A DNA stretch of 64,000 nt from a virus, in the IMG/VR virus record IMGVR_UViG_3300027747_000004, positions 1-64,000 of that record; one strand, 5' to 3'. Positions 40,129-49,557 of this stretch are shown piece after piece. The notes under the pieces are model-generated. The model was not told where the DNA came from and made no database searches. It saw only the letters and a list, made by a program, of their open reading frames with translations. Each line of letters starts with the position of its first letter. Positions within the stretch are counted from its first letter, which is position 1. The translations under genes were made by a program, and so were the position numbers.

Positions 40129-43035
40129 ATGGCCAAGAGACCCTACCGCGACCCGAAGACCACCAAGATCGAGGACTGGATCTGGCACCCCATGGAAAAC
40201 ATCCGCCAGCAACTCAGCACCCGACGCGAGCTGCCCGAGCACGTGATGCCCTACGCCGAGCACATGCAGCAGATGGCCAGCAAGGCGCAGGCCGGGCAGA
40301 TCAGCCCCCGCGACCTGATCAAAGCCTACACCATCACGCAGGCCAGCATCGGCCGCGGGGGCCTGAGCCACGCCACGGCCACCAAGAACGGCATGAAGCT
40401 GCAAGACACCGGCGAAGAGTTCCGCCCCGAGGGCGTGTTTGCCGAGTGGCTGGGCTCGCCTGAGGGCCAAAAATACTTGGACGACGCCGAGCGGGGCAAG
40501 GTCAACGCCCGGTCAATCCGGGACGTCGTCGCCAAGTTCTCCCCCTTCGGCAAGCAGAACGTGCAGGGCGAGGCCATGGAGTACGCGGCCCAGCACCTGC
40601 CCCAGCAGACCGCGGCGGCCAACGCCGCGCTGACCGGGTCGCTTGAAGACTACCGCAAGTTTGCCCGGGCAATCCACGGCATCAACAGCGCCAAGAGCGG
40701 GTTCATCGGCTCGCTGCTGGGCCGTGGTGACCAGCCCACGCTGGACGCCCGCCAGATCGCCCTGCACTCGCTGTACCACCCGACCAAGGTGGCCCAAAGC
40801 GTGATGGACCGCGGCAACGGCCTGGGCGGCGAGGAGGCGGTGGACCGCCTGACAGCCCGGCACAACGACCTGGGCTACACCATCCCGCCCGAGCTGGCGC
40901 CCTTCGCCCAGCACCTGATCCACCACGACATCTGGGACCAGCGCGGCGAGAACGGCCCGACCAAAACGACGCACGAGGACCTGATCCGGGCCATGCGCGG
41001 CTACGCCAAGGGTGGAGACGTGGAGCCCACCCCCGAGCAGATGCGCGAGATGCTGGCCCAGCACGGCTACATAGAGCACACACCCAAAAAACCTCATGCC
41101 GCCGTTGGCCAGCGCTATGACGTAGACCAGGCATACGGCCTTGCCCCAAAAAACGACGTGGACTTAGAGAAGCACAAGGGCGCTAGTTTGATGGTCATGC
41201 CGTGGGACAGCACCAGCCGCAACGTGCAGGTGCGCAGCATATCCGGCCACGAGCTGCCCGAGCACATTACCACGCACGGCGGCCAGGACTACGCCCGTGA
41301 CCTTGAGCACATCCTGCAGGGCATCGCAGGCGCATCAAACGAGGGGATAGCCAAACGTATTGCTGCCCGCGAAATGCAGGCCCGGATAGAAAATCTCGGC
41401 CAAGGTGGCACCGGTGAGATATTGCACATGCCCATTACCATGGGCGAGCGTGGCGAAGACTTTTCCATGACACCCACCGAGATCCTGCACCAGTTGGTAA
41501 TGCGCGGCATGCTGCCGCCAGAGGAATTGGAGCGCATGAACAACGAAATCCGCGCGCACAAAATAATTTTGAACAAAAAATCCGTCCAACCCTTTGGGGG
41601 TTTTGTTGGCCTAGAGCACCCCGAGTTTGACCAGCAAATAGTCACAGGCAAAGGCGTCGACACGACAGCAGGAAACCTGCGCAAGGCCATCGTAAACCGC
41701 GTTGGCTACCTGAAGCACAACCAAAAGGCGCTGGACTTCAACATTGAAGACCTGGTCAACGCGGTCACCGACCCCACGTTGCGCGGCGTGCCCAAGGGTT
41801 ACATCGGCAACACGGTCATTGGCAGCGACCCCGACCACATGACGCTGACACCGTCCAGCAATAAGGCGTACGACACCAACTTCTCCGGCCAGTACCTGGG
41901 CACGCTTGGCCACAGTTTTCCGGCCGAGGTGTTATTTGAAAAAGTTCTGCAGCAACTCCAGTCAAAGCACACTGGGAAAAAAGGGAATCTTCGTAACATG
42001 GCGTTGGGGGACCTTGAAAAGAGCAAAGCAAACGTATCCCAGATCTTGGACAACGAGACGCTGGACCGCTACGGCAAGTACCTGATGGCGCGCGACAAGA
42101 AGATCCGCACCGGCCATTACGCCGAGGGCGGTGAGGTCAAGAACGACGAGCCCAGCCACGACGAGATGCTGGCGCACATCATGCTCAAGGGCGTCAGCAG
42201 CCTGAAGGACGTCGGGGCCAACGAGGCGCCCAACATGCCGGTCAAGACCTACGTGCCAGCGGGTCCGGGCAAGGGCTTTCCCATCGGTGGCGTAGACTTC
42301 CAGCCCCAGCAGCCCGGCCAGCAGATGCTGCCTGGCCAGCCGCAACAACCTAGCCAACCGCAACAGCCCGGCCAGCCGCAACAGCCCGGCCAGCAAGCAG
42401 CGCCAGCACCACAGGGCCCACAGCAACCCCAGCCGCCCAGCAACATCCTGCAGATGACGCGCCAAGGCCAGACCATGAACGCGATCGCACCGCCCCAGCC
42501 GCAAGCCAAGATGGCAGGCGGCGGATCAACCCCGCCGTCGGTGGAGGAGATGCGCCGGGCCATTGCCAGCGCGGCCACGTCGGCGGGCATGAAGGCGCCC
42601 GTGACTAACACGCGCAATATGATGACCCTGCAGGACACCCACCAGTCGCTGCAGGACAGGATTCGCGGGGGCGCTGCCGACATGCAGAACATGATCGAGT
42701 CCATGCCGTTTAAGTACGACGTGGGGCACGACGTGTTTACCGCCCACAGCGCCAAAAACAACCTGCCACCGTTCAAAGTGATCCGCAGGGCATTGGTGGG
42801 GAATTCCCCCATGCGTGAGGACCACCCAACGCTCGGACCAAACATGGGCAAGTTCATCAAGGACCCGGCAACCGGCAAGACCAAACGCACACCATACGAG
42901 CCGGGCTATGACGTTCGCAGGGAGCACAAAGGCGAGGTGCACAAGATGCGCATCCCCGAGTCCGCAATTGTTGACAAGCTAGCAGGCGGCGGCACGGTCA
43001 AGGACTACATCACCATCACGGAGCGCCCACTATGA
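40129..43035 (+). CDS. large polyvalent protein 1 (HhH-GPD-like module plus unknown modules separated by xxxGG motifs)
   Basis: AGGA RBS before ATG 40129; YAKGG, YAEGG, MAGGG, LAGGG at module boundaries. Confidence 0.7.
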   Translation: MAKRPYRDPKTTKIEDWIWHPMENIRQQLSTRRELPEHVMPYAEHMQQMASKAQAGQISPRDLIKAYTITQASIGRGGLSHATATKNGMKLQDTGEEFRPEGVFAEWLGSPEGQKYLDDAERGKVNARSIRDVVAKFSPFGKQNVQGEAMEYAAQHLPQQTAAANAALTGSLEDYRKFARAIHGINSAKSGFIGSLLGRGDQPTLDARQIALHSLYHPTKVAQSVMDRGNGLGGEEAVDRLTARHNDLGYTIPPELAPFAQHLIHHDIWDQRGENGPTKTTHEDLIRAMRGYAKGGDVEPTPEQMREMLAQHGYIEHTPKKPHAAVGQRYDVDQAYGLAPKNDVDLEKHKGASLMVMPWDSTSRNVQVRSISGHELPEHITTHGGQDYARDLEHILQGIAGASNEGIAKRIAAREMQARIENLGQGGTGEILHMPITMGERGEDFSMTPTEILHQLVMRGMLPPEELERMNNEIRAHKIILNKKSVQPFGGFVGLEHPEFDQQIVTGKGVDTTAGNLRKAIVNRVGYLKHNQKALDFNIEDLVNAVTDPTLRGVPKGYIGNTVIGSDPDHMTLTPSSNKAYDTNFSGQYLGTLGHSFPAEVLFEKVLQQLQSKHTGKKGNLRNMALGDLEKSKANVSQILDNETLDRYGKYLMARDKKIRTGHYAEGGEVKNDEPSHDEMLAHIMLKGVSSLKDVGANEAPNMPVKTYVPAGPGKGFPIGGVDFQPQQPGQQMLPGQPQQPSQPQQPGQPQQPGQQAAPAPQGPQQPQPPSNILQMTRQGQTMNAIAPPQPQAKMAGGGSTPPSVEEMRRAIASAATSAGMKAPVTNTRNMMTLQDTHQSLQDRIRGGAADMQNMIESMPFKYDVGHDVFTAHSAKNNLPPFKVIRRALVGNSPMREDHPTLGPNMGKFIKDPATGKTKRTPYEPGYDVRREHKGEVHKMRIPESAIVDKLAGGGTVKDYITITERPL

Positions 43036-46000
43036 GCGGAATGTACTCACCCATTAACCGCGCTGCGGAGTCCATCACCCGCCCCAAGGGCACCGGTGCT
43101 GAGTACATGGCCGAGCTGCAGAAGAAGCCCGGCTACAAGCCCGCTGAGGCGCAGGACCGCGACCTGCAGGCGCTCATGGCGCTGCCCCAGATGGCGCGTG
43201 CGGCCTTCATGGAAAAGCTCAAAGCGCAAAAGAACAAGTACCCGCTCAAGCAGCGAGAGCTGACCGGCAGACAGACGCACCACGAGGACTACACCCTACC
43301 CGGTGGTGAAAACTACCGCGAGATCCTGCTGCACACACCAATGCCCGAGGGCGGAGGCTTCCTCGGCGTGCCGCACCACTTTGGCGGCACACCCAATATC
43401 CTTGCCAGCATTCGCGTCAAGGATCGCACCACGCCAGAAGGCAAGAAGATGCTGCACCTTGAGGAGATCCAATCCGACTGGCACCAGCACGGGCGCGAAG
43501 AGGGGTATCGACCCGCAACGTCCGAAGATGATGTTCGCAAAGCATATAACGCTCAACCACACAACGCAGTGCCGTTTGATGAGTTGCTTCCCGCCGACAA
43601 AGCGTACGAAATCCAACAATACGAAAAATCCCAAAAAGGCGTCCCTTACGGCCCCCACGCCAAGGACTGGCACGAATTGGCGCTCAAGGCCATGATCCAG
43701 CACGCCGCCGAGAACGGCTACGACCAGATTGCCATCACGCCCGGCGCGGAGCAGGCCAAGCGGTATGACTTGAGCAAGCACGTTGGACGTATCACGCACA
43801 TGACGCATCACGATGATCCTGATAGCGGCATTTTGTTTGCTTTTGATCCATCTGGTCACCAGATAATAGAAAAACACAACGTGCCCCATTCCCAACTTCC
43901 TGAGTACATTGGCAAAGAAGGGGCGCAAAAATTATTAGGGCAAAAGCCAGATGAACATGGCTACCGTGAATTAAAAGGCCAAAACCTTGAAGTTGGTGGC
44001 GAGGGCATGAAAGGCTTCTACGACCGAATGGTGCCCAGCTTTCTGAACAAGTTCGGCAAGAAGCATGGCGTGCAGGTGCAACCGGGTGCAATTGACACAG
44101 GGGAAAATCCACATGAGGTGGTGATGGATTACTCCGACCCCAAAAATATGTACGCGGTTCGCCCCGAGGGCTCTTCAAACGTGGTGTCACGGCATTTTTC
44201 AATGCACGATGCCTACAAGGCCGCAGCAAAACTTGGGCAGTCCCCACTACACACATTCGACATCACCCCAGCCATGCGCGAGGACGTGCTCAAGAACGGC
44301 ATACCGCGCTACGATAAAGGTGGCGAGGTCAAGCCAACGCACGAACTATTTCACGGAACCAACAAAGAATTCAAAAGTTTTGATAAAGACAAAAGCCATA
44401 TTGTCAATGGTGTATGGCTGACACAGGACAAAAACTACGCAAATTGGATGGCTCGTGAAAGAGCAAAGCAAGAAAAAGGAACTGCCCCAAGGGTATTACG
44501 GGTTAGCGCGTACCACAATAACCCCATGTATTTTGATATTTTGGCAGAAGGCAAAAAAGTTGCGGAACAAATTGGCGAACCAGCACCAAAAAACGCTTAC
44601 GAGGCACAGGAGTTGCTATCGGGGGGAATGGGTTGGGATAATGTCGTTGACAATTTAGTGCATGAAGCTAAAACAAAAAAGCACGATTCCTTAATAATCC
44701 ATAATTTTAATGATAATTGGCACAGCGACCCGAATCAAACCACAACAGCCCATGTAGTGTTTGATCCTAATAAGTTAAAAATAATTGACCAGCAAAAATA
44801 CGCCGAGGGCGGCGTCGTCCACAAATCCGGCGGCGGGTCGATGTACCCAACCATCCAGGAGATGATCCGGCACCTGCAGCAGGCCGGGCGCACGCCCATT
44901 GTGCCCGCACCCAACCGCTGGTTTGCGGATCCGGTAAAGCACCCCTTCCAGCAAAAGATGATCGAGCGCGTGCTGGCGCAGACTGGCCAGGGGCGCGAGG
45001 GTTTCCCGTCGGGCTCTTACATCAACCCGCAGACGGGCGAGCCCATGGACTTTGACATCATGCACGACCTGGGCGTGGCAATCGACCCCGCCACCGGGCG
45101 GCCAATGATGTCGGGCGTCAAGTCGGACCTGACATCCATCGACCCCAAGTACGGATCCATCACCCGGAGCAATTTGGTGCGCAAGGGCCTGTTCAAGCAC
45201 GAGGGCGGCGACGACTTGCTCAAGAACATTGCATTCCTCGCGACGATCGAGAAAGGCGGCAAGGGCCACCACTACGGCCTGTCGACGCACTACGCATCAC
45301 CCGCAGAGCTGGTGAACACAATGACCGGCCAAAACCCAACGCTGCGGCCGCACAGCCGCGGTGACATCTTTGGCGTGGGCGACGAGGTTGGGCGCATTTC
45401 TATCCAGGGCAAACACCACCCGGTCTATGAGAAGTTGCTGGTGGCGCCCACAGGCTCGGACGTGCAGGGCGTGAAGTTGCACAAGGCTAAGGGCGGCAAA
45501 GTTTCCGGTGAAACCAAAGCAGAGTTCATCAGCAAAAGCAAAGTGCCTGACGTGCTGTACCGTGGTGGTATCGGGCACCCAGATATGTCGGAAGACTTTT
45601 TGAAAGGCAAAGCACGGCCAGGTTACTCTACCTTTGCCTCTACGTCTCCGCACGTCGCTGGAAGCTACGCGCATCCTGATTGGGATCAATCGTGGGGTAC
45701 CCAAGACCTGGTCGGCGCAATTGCGCCTATGCACATCAAGGTGCATACGGTGCATGAGTTTCCGGTGACCACCAATAAGCATGGGTCTCGCCAATTTAGC
45801 AAATTTGAGTTTGATCGACGCGCTCAACAACTGGAGCCCGGCCATGCGTTGGTGGCGCGGCAAGTGTTTGACATGGGCCCGCGAGCTAGTGTCAAAACTG
45901 ATCCTGACAAGCTGTACAGTTACCCTAGCGACATATACGCTTGGAACAACGGCACCGAAGTGAAGTCCGCTTTTGAGAAAGCCAAAGGCGGCTCCATCAA

Positions 46001-46070
46001 AGCTAAAGTTACAATGCCGCCCAGTATGGACACGATGCAGTACGAGCTGATCAACAGGAAAGCAAAATAA
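43032..46070 (+). CDS. large polyvalent protein 2 (EEIQSD / GNAT-like module, two ADP-ribosyltransferase-like modules)
   Basis: 'LFHGT...GVWLT...A' and 'LYRG...FASTSPHVAGSYA'; YDKGG, YAEGG, KAKGG x2 boundaries. Confidence 0.7.
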   Translation: MSGMYSPINRAAESITRPKGTGAEYMAELQKKPGYKPAEAQDRDLQALMALPQMARAAFMEKLKAQKNKYPLKQRELTGRQTHHEDYTLPGGENYREILLHTPMPEGGGFLGVPHHFGGTPNILASIRVKDRTTPEGKKMLHLEEIQSDWHQHGREEGYRPATSEDDVRKAYNAQPHNAVPFDELLPADKAYEIQQYEKSQKGVPYGPHAKDWHELALKAMIQHAAENGYDQIAITPGAEQAKRYDLSKHVGRITHMTHHDDPDSGILFAFDPSGHQIIEKHNVPHSQLPEYIGKEGAQKLLGQKPDEHGYRELKGQNLEVGGEGMKGFYDRMVPSFLNKFGKKHGVQVQPGAIDTGENPHEVVMDYSDPKNMYAVRPEGSSNVVSRHFSMHDAYKAAAKLGQSPLHTFDITPAMREDVLKNGIPRYDKGGEVKPTHELFHGTNKEFKSFDKDKSHIVNGVWLTQDKNYANWMARERAKQEKGTAPRVLRVSAYHNNPMYFDILAEGKKVAEQIGEPAPKNAYEAQELLSGGMGWDNVVDNLVHEAKTKKHDSLIIHNFNDNWHSDPNQTTTAHVVFDPNKLKIIDQQKYAEGGVVHKSGGGSMYPTIQEMIRHLQQAGRTPIVPAPNRWFADPVKHPFQQKMIERVLAQTGQGREGFPSGSYINPQTGEPMDFDIMHDLGVAIDPATGRPMMSGVKSDLTSIDPKYGSITRSNLVRKGLFKHEGGDDLLKNIAFLATIEKGGKGHHYGLSTHYASPAELVNTMTGQNPTLRPHSRGDIFGVGDEVGRISIQGKHHPVYEKLLVAPTGSDVQGVKLHKAKGGKVSGETKAEFISKSKVPDVLYRGGIGHPDMSEDFLKGKARPGYSTFASTSPHVAGSYAHPDWDQSWGTQDLVGAIAPMHIKVHTVHEFPVTTNKHGSRQFSKFEFDRRAQQLEPGHALVARQVFDMGPRASVKTDPDKLYSYPSDIYAWNNGTEVKSAFEKAKGGSIKAKVTMPPSMDTMQYELINRKAK

Positions 46071-48706
46071 TGGCCGACACCTACGACAACGGGGACGACG
46101 ACATGGACCCTGAGCTGAACGAAGACGGGTCCGCGGACGTTGAGCTGCCAGAGGACGTGTCTGACGTCACCGAGATGCCCGACGGCTCGGCGGTGGTGCA
46201 CCTGCCGGAGACAACCGGCCCAGAAGAGACGCCCGACTTCTACGCCAACATGGCCGAGGAGATGGACAGCTACGAGCTCAACACGCTCGGCATGCGCTAC
46301 GTCAGCCTGCTGGAGAAGGACAAGAACGCCCGCGAGGAGCGCGACAAGCAGTACGAGGAAGGCCTACGGCGCACTGGCCTAGGCAAGGACGCCCCCGGCG
46401 GTGCCAACTTCCTTGGCGCAAGCCGCGCCGTGCACCCGGTCATGGCCGAGGGCTGCGTTGACTTTGCCAGCCGCGCGATCAAGGAGCTGTTCCCACCAGA
46501 TGGCCCGGTGCGCACTAAGATCATTGGCAAGGTCGACGAGCTTAAGCAAGAGCGCGCCGAGCGCAAGCGCGACTTCTTGAACTGGCAGATTACCGAGCAA
46601 ATCGAAGAGTTCCGCGACGAGCAGGAACAGATGCTCACCCAGCTGCCGCTTGGCGGCTCGCAGTACCTCAAGCTGTGGTACGACGAGCAAAAGAAGCGCC
46701 CGGTCATCGAGTTCCTGCCCATCGACCGCATGATCCTGCCGTTTGCGGCCAGCAACTTCTACACCGCCCAACGCGCGGCCGAGGTGCACGAGATCACCGA
46801 GTGGGAATACGACCGGCGCATCGCCAGCGGCATGTACAAGGACGGCTCGCACGTCACCTCCGGCAACGAGCCCGAGCAGACGCGCGCGCAGAAGGCCAAC
46901 GACAAGATTGAGGGCCGCAAGTTCCAGGACAACGACGACGGCCTGCGCAAGGTGTTCCACATCTATACCTGGCTGGAGCTGGAGGACGACCGGCAATCCA
47001 AGGGCGAGATGGCCCCCTACATCATGATGGTGGACGAGCAGTCCAGCGAGGTGATCGGCCTGTACCGCAACTGGGAAGAGGGCGACGACACGATGACCAA
47101 GCTCGACTGGATCGTCGAGTTCAAGTTCATCCCGTGGCGCGGCGTGTTTGCCATCGGCCTGCCCCACCTGATCGGCGGCCTGAGCGCGGCCCTGACCGGC
47201 TCCCTGCGCGCGCTGCTAGACAGCGCCCACATCAACAACGCGGCGACCATGCTCAAGCTCAAGGGTGCCAAGATCAGCGGCCAGACGCAGCAGATCGAGG
47301 TCACTCAGGTGGCCGAGATCGAGGGCGCGCCCGGCGTAGATGACATCCGCAAGATCGCGATGCCCATGCCCTTCAACCCACCCAGCGAGACGCTATTCAA
47401 GCTGTTGGGCTGGCTGGACAGCGCGGCCAAGGGCGTGGTCACCACGTCCGAGGAGAAGATCGCCGATGTCAATGCTAACGCTCCGGTAGGTACTACCCAA
47501 GCGTTGATTGAGCAGGGCGCTGCCGTCTACTCCGCAATCCACGCGCGCCTGCACCAGTCGCAGGCTCGCCTGATCAAGGTGCTGTGCCGCCTGAACCGCT
47601 GGCACTTCAAGGAAATGCGCAAGGGCGACATGGTCGCGGACCTTGAGATCGAGCGCGAGGACTTCGAGCGCAACACCGACGTCATCCCGGTCAGCGACCC
47701 GCACATCTTTAGCGAAACCCAGCGCATGGCGCAGATGCAGGCCGTGTTGGCCCGCGCGGACGCCAAGCCAGACCTGTACGACGCCAAAGCCGTGGAGGAG
47801 CGTTTCCTCAAGCAGATCAAGATTCCCAACGTCAGCGAGCTGCTCAAGGACGTGCCCGAGCCCGAGCAGCGCACTTTGGCCGACGAGAACGCGGCGATGT
47901 CCATGGGCCACCCGGCGTATGCCTACATGCAGCAGGACCACATCGCGCACATCCAAGGCCACCTAATGTTTGGCCTAGACCCGAGCTTTGGCGGCAACCC
48001 GCTAATCGCGCCAAACTACCAGCCCAACGCGATTGAACACATCAAGCAGCACATTACGCTGTGGTACCTCAACCGCATGAACGGCTACGTCATTAACCTG
48101 CGCGGCGGCAAGCCGGTGGACGACTATGAAAATCCGCACCTGACCGCCACCATCGACAAACTGTACGCCACCGTCGGCGAGCACGTCGCGTTGGACGGCC
48201 AGATGGTGTTCCAGCAGATCCTGCCGCAACTTCAACAGATGCAGCAGGCAATGCAACAGAACAAGCCACAACCCCAACTGCCGCCCGATGCCCAGGTGGT
48301 CAAGGACACCGCGATGGCCGAGACCCAGCGCAAAGCGGCCAAGGACCAGCAGGAGATGCAGCTCGCCCAAGCCAAGCTGCAGGACAGCCAACAGCGCACC
48401 CAGGCCGAGATGCAGGCCAACGCGCAGAAGGCCCAGCAGGACACGCAGGTCAACATGCAGAAGGCCCAGCAGGACGCCCAGCTCAAGATGCAGGACCTCC
48501 AGGCAACGTCTCAGGCCAAGCTGCAGGACACGCAGGTCGATATCCAAGCACGCGAGCAAGAGTCCATGCGCAATGCGCAACTACAATTGGAACTAGAGCG
48601 CATGCACGACCAGACGCAGATTGACATTACAAACGCAAAGTTAACCCACGAAACCATACAGAGTATGGTCCAACCCCAAGGAGCTCCAGATGGCAACCTC
48701 GAATAA
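46070..48706 (+). CDS. portal protein with long Gln-rich C-terminal helix
   Basis: 878 aa; position in the head module; 'PVGTTQALIEQG...SAIHARLH', coiled-coil tail. Confidence 0.85.
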   Translation: MADTYDNGDDDMDPELNEDGSADVELPEDVSDVTEMPDGSAVVHLPETTGPEETPDFYANMAEEMDSYELNTLGMRYVSLLEKDKNAREERDKQYEEGLRRTGLGKDAPGGANFLGASRAVHPVMAEGCVDFASRAIKELFPPDGPVRTKIIGKVDELKQERAERKRDFLNWQITEQIEEFRDEQEQMLTQLPLGGSQYLKLWYDEQKKRPVIEFLPIDRMILPFAASNFYTAQRAAEVHEITEWEYDRRIASGMYKDGSHVTSGNEPEQTRAQKANDKIEGRKFQDNDDGLRKVFHIYTWLELEDDRQSKGEMAPYIMMVDEQSSEVIGLYRNWEEGDDTMTKLDWIVEFKFIPWRGVFAIGLPHLIGGLSAALTGSLRALLDSAHINNAATMLKLKGAKISGQTQQIEVTQVAEIEGAPGVDDIRKIAMPMPFNPPSETLFKLLGWLDSAAKGVVTTSEEKIADVNANAPVGTTQALIEQGAAVYSAIHARLHQSQARLIKVLCRLNRWHFKEMRKGDMVADLEIEREDFERNTDVIPVSDPHIFSETQRMAQMQAVLARADAKPDLYDAKAVEERFLKQIKIPNVSELLKDVPEPEQRTLADENAAMSMGHPAYAYMQQDHIAHIQGHLMFGLDPSFGGNPLIAPNYQPNAIEHIKQHITLWYLNRMNGYVINLRGGKPVDDYENPHLTATIDKLYATVGEHVALDGQMVFQQILPQLQQMQQAMQQNKPQPQLPPDAQVVKDTAMAETQRKAAKDQQEMQLAQAKLQDSQQRTQAEMQANAQKAQQDTQVNMQKAQQDAQLKMQDLQATSQAKLQDTQVDIQAREQESMRNAQLQLELERMHDQTQIDITNAKLTHETIQSMVQPQGAPDGNLE

Positions 48707-48845
48707 CTCTCAGACCGGCGAGCTGGTCAAGCAACACCACCGCCTGGCCATGGGTGAGAAGCTCAACGGCCAGAGCCTGCAGCCCAAGGGCGGCACCAGC
48801 AAGCCCGCTGGCGGCTTGAGCGCGCTGGCCAAGAAGAATAAGTGA
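48690..48845 (+). CDS. 51-aa basic protein (not in ORF track)
   Basis: AAGGAG RBS; MATSNNSQTGELVKQHHRLAMGE...AKKNK. Confidence 0.6.
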   Translation: MATSNNSQTGELVKQHHRLAMGEKLNGQSLQPKGGTSKPAGGLSALAKKNK

Positions 48846-49012
48846 TCTCTGAACTTATTCACCAGATCCAGGTCAGGCAGGCGGAGCTTCGCCTGGCGCT
48901 GGTTCAAAACCCCGTGGGCGACCACGCTACATACACACGCATCGTTGGTGAGTACCAGGGCCTGCAATGGGTAATGGACGCACTAAACCAAAAACTCGCT
49001 GAGAACGAATAA
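48842..49012 (+). CDS. 56-aa helical head-module protein (not in ORF track)
   Basis: GTGA overlap; 'YTRIVGEYQGL' motif. Confidence 0.6.
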   Translation: MISELIHQIQVRQAELRLALVQNPVGDHATYTRIVGEYQGLQWVMDALNQKLAENE

Positions 49013-49089
49013 GGCAGCAATGCCCCAAGCCGCGCTGAGATATGCGCATTTTCAAACCTGAAATATGGTTTTTGTCGATAGGAGTGAGT

Positions 49090-49548
49090 ATGAGCGAGAA
49101 AGAAAAGATACCTACCATTGGTGGTGTCCAACAAGAGTCCGACCCAACTGAGCTGGCGTGGGCATTTCCAGACGTTTTACCCGGGCAAGCCCCGCTAGGT
49201 GGCCGCGTCATTGTCCAACTTCGCCGCATCAAGAAAAATGCCGGAAAGATTATCCTGGTCGAGGAGACCAAGGAGAATGAGAAGTGGAACAACATGATCG
49301 GCAGGGTGGTCGCGATTGGTCCTTTGGCCTACCGCAACCGCGACACCATGCAGGTGTGGCCCGAAGGAAGTTGGGCTGAGATCGGTGACTACGTGCGCGT
49401 GCCTCGGTGGGGCGGGGATCGCTGGGAGCGACCCGTGCTTAACGAAGAAAACGGCGACCTGAACCCGGTCCTGTTCATGACAATCAACGACCACGAGGTG
49501 ATTGCGAAGGTCACTGACGACCCGTTGTCATTTAAAGCCTACGTTTAA
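49090..49548 (+). CDS. GroES-like co-chaperonin
   Basis: 'PLGGRVIV', 'GKIIL', 'GRVVAIGP', 'GDYV..PRWGG', 'INDHEVIA'. Confidence 0.85.
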   Translation: MSEKEKIPTIGGVQQESDPTELAWAFPDVLPGQAPLGGRVIVQLRRIKKNAGKIILVEETKENEKWNNMIGRVVAIGPLAYRNRDTMQVWPEGSWAEIGDYVRVPRWGGDRWERPVLNEENGDLNPVLFMTINDHEVIAKVTDDPLSFKAYV

Positions 49549-49557
49549 GGAAATACC

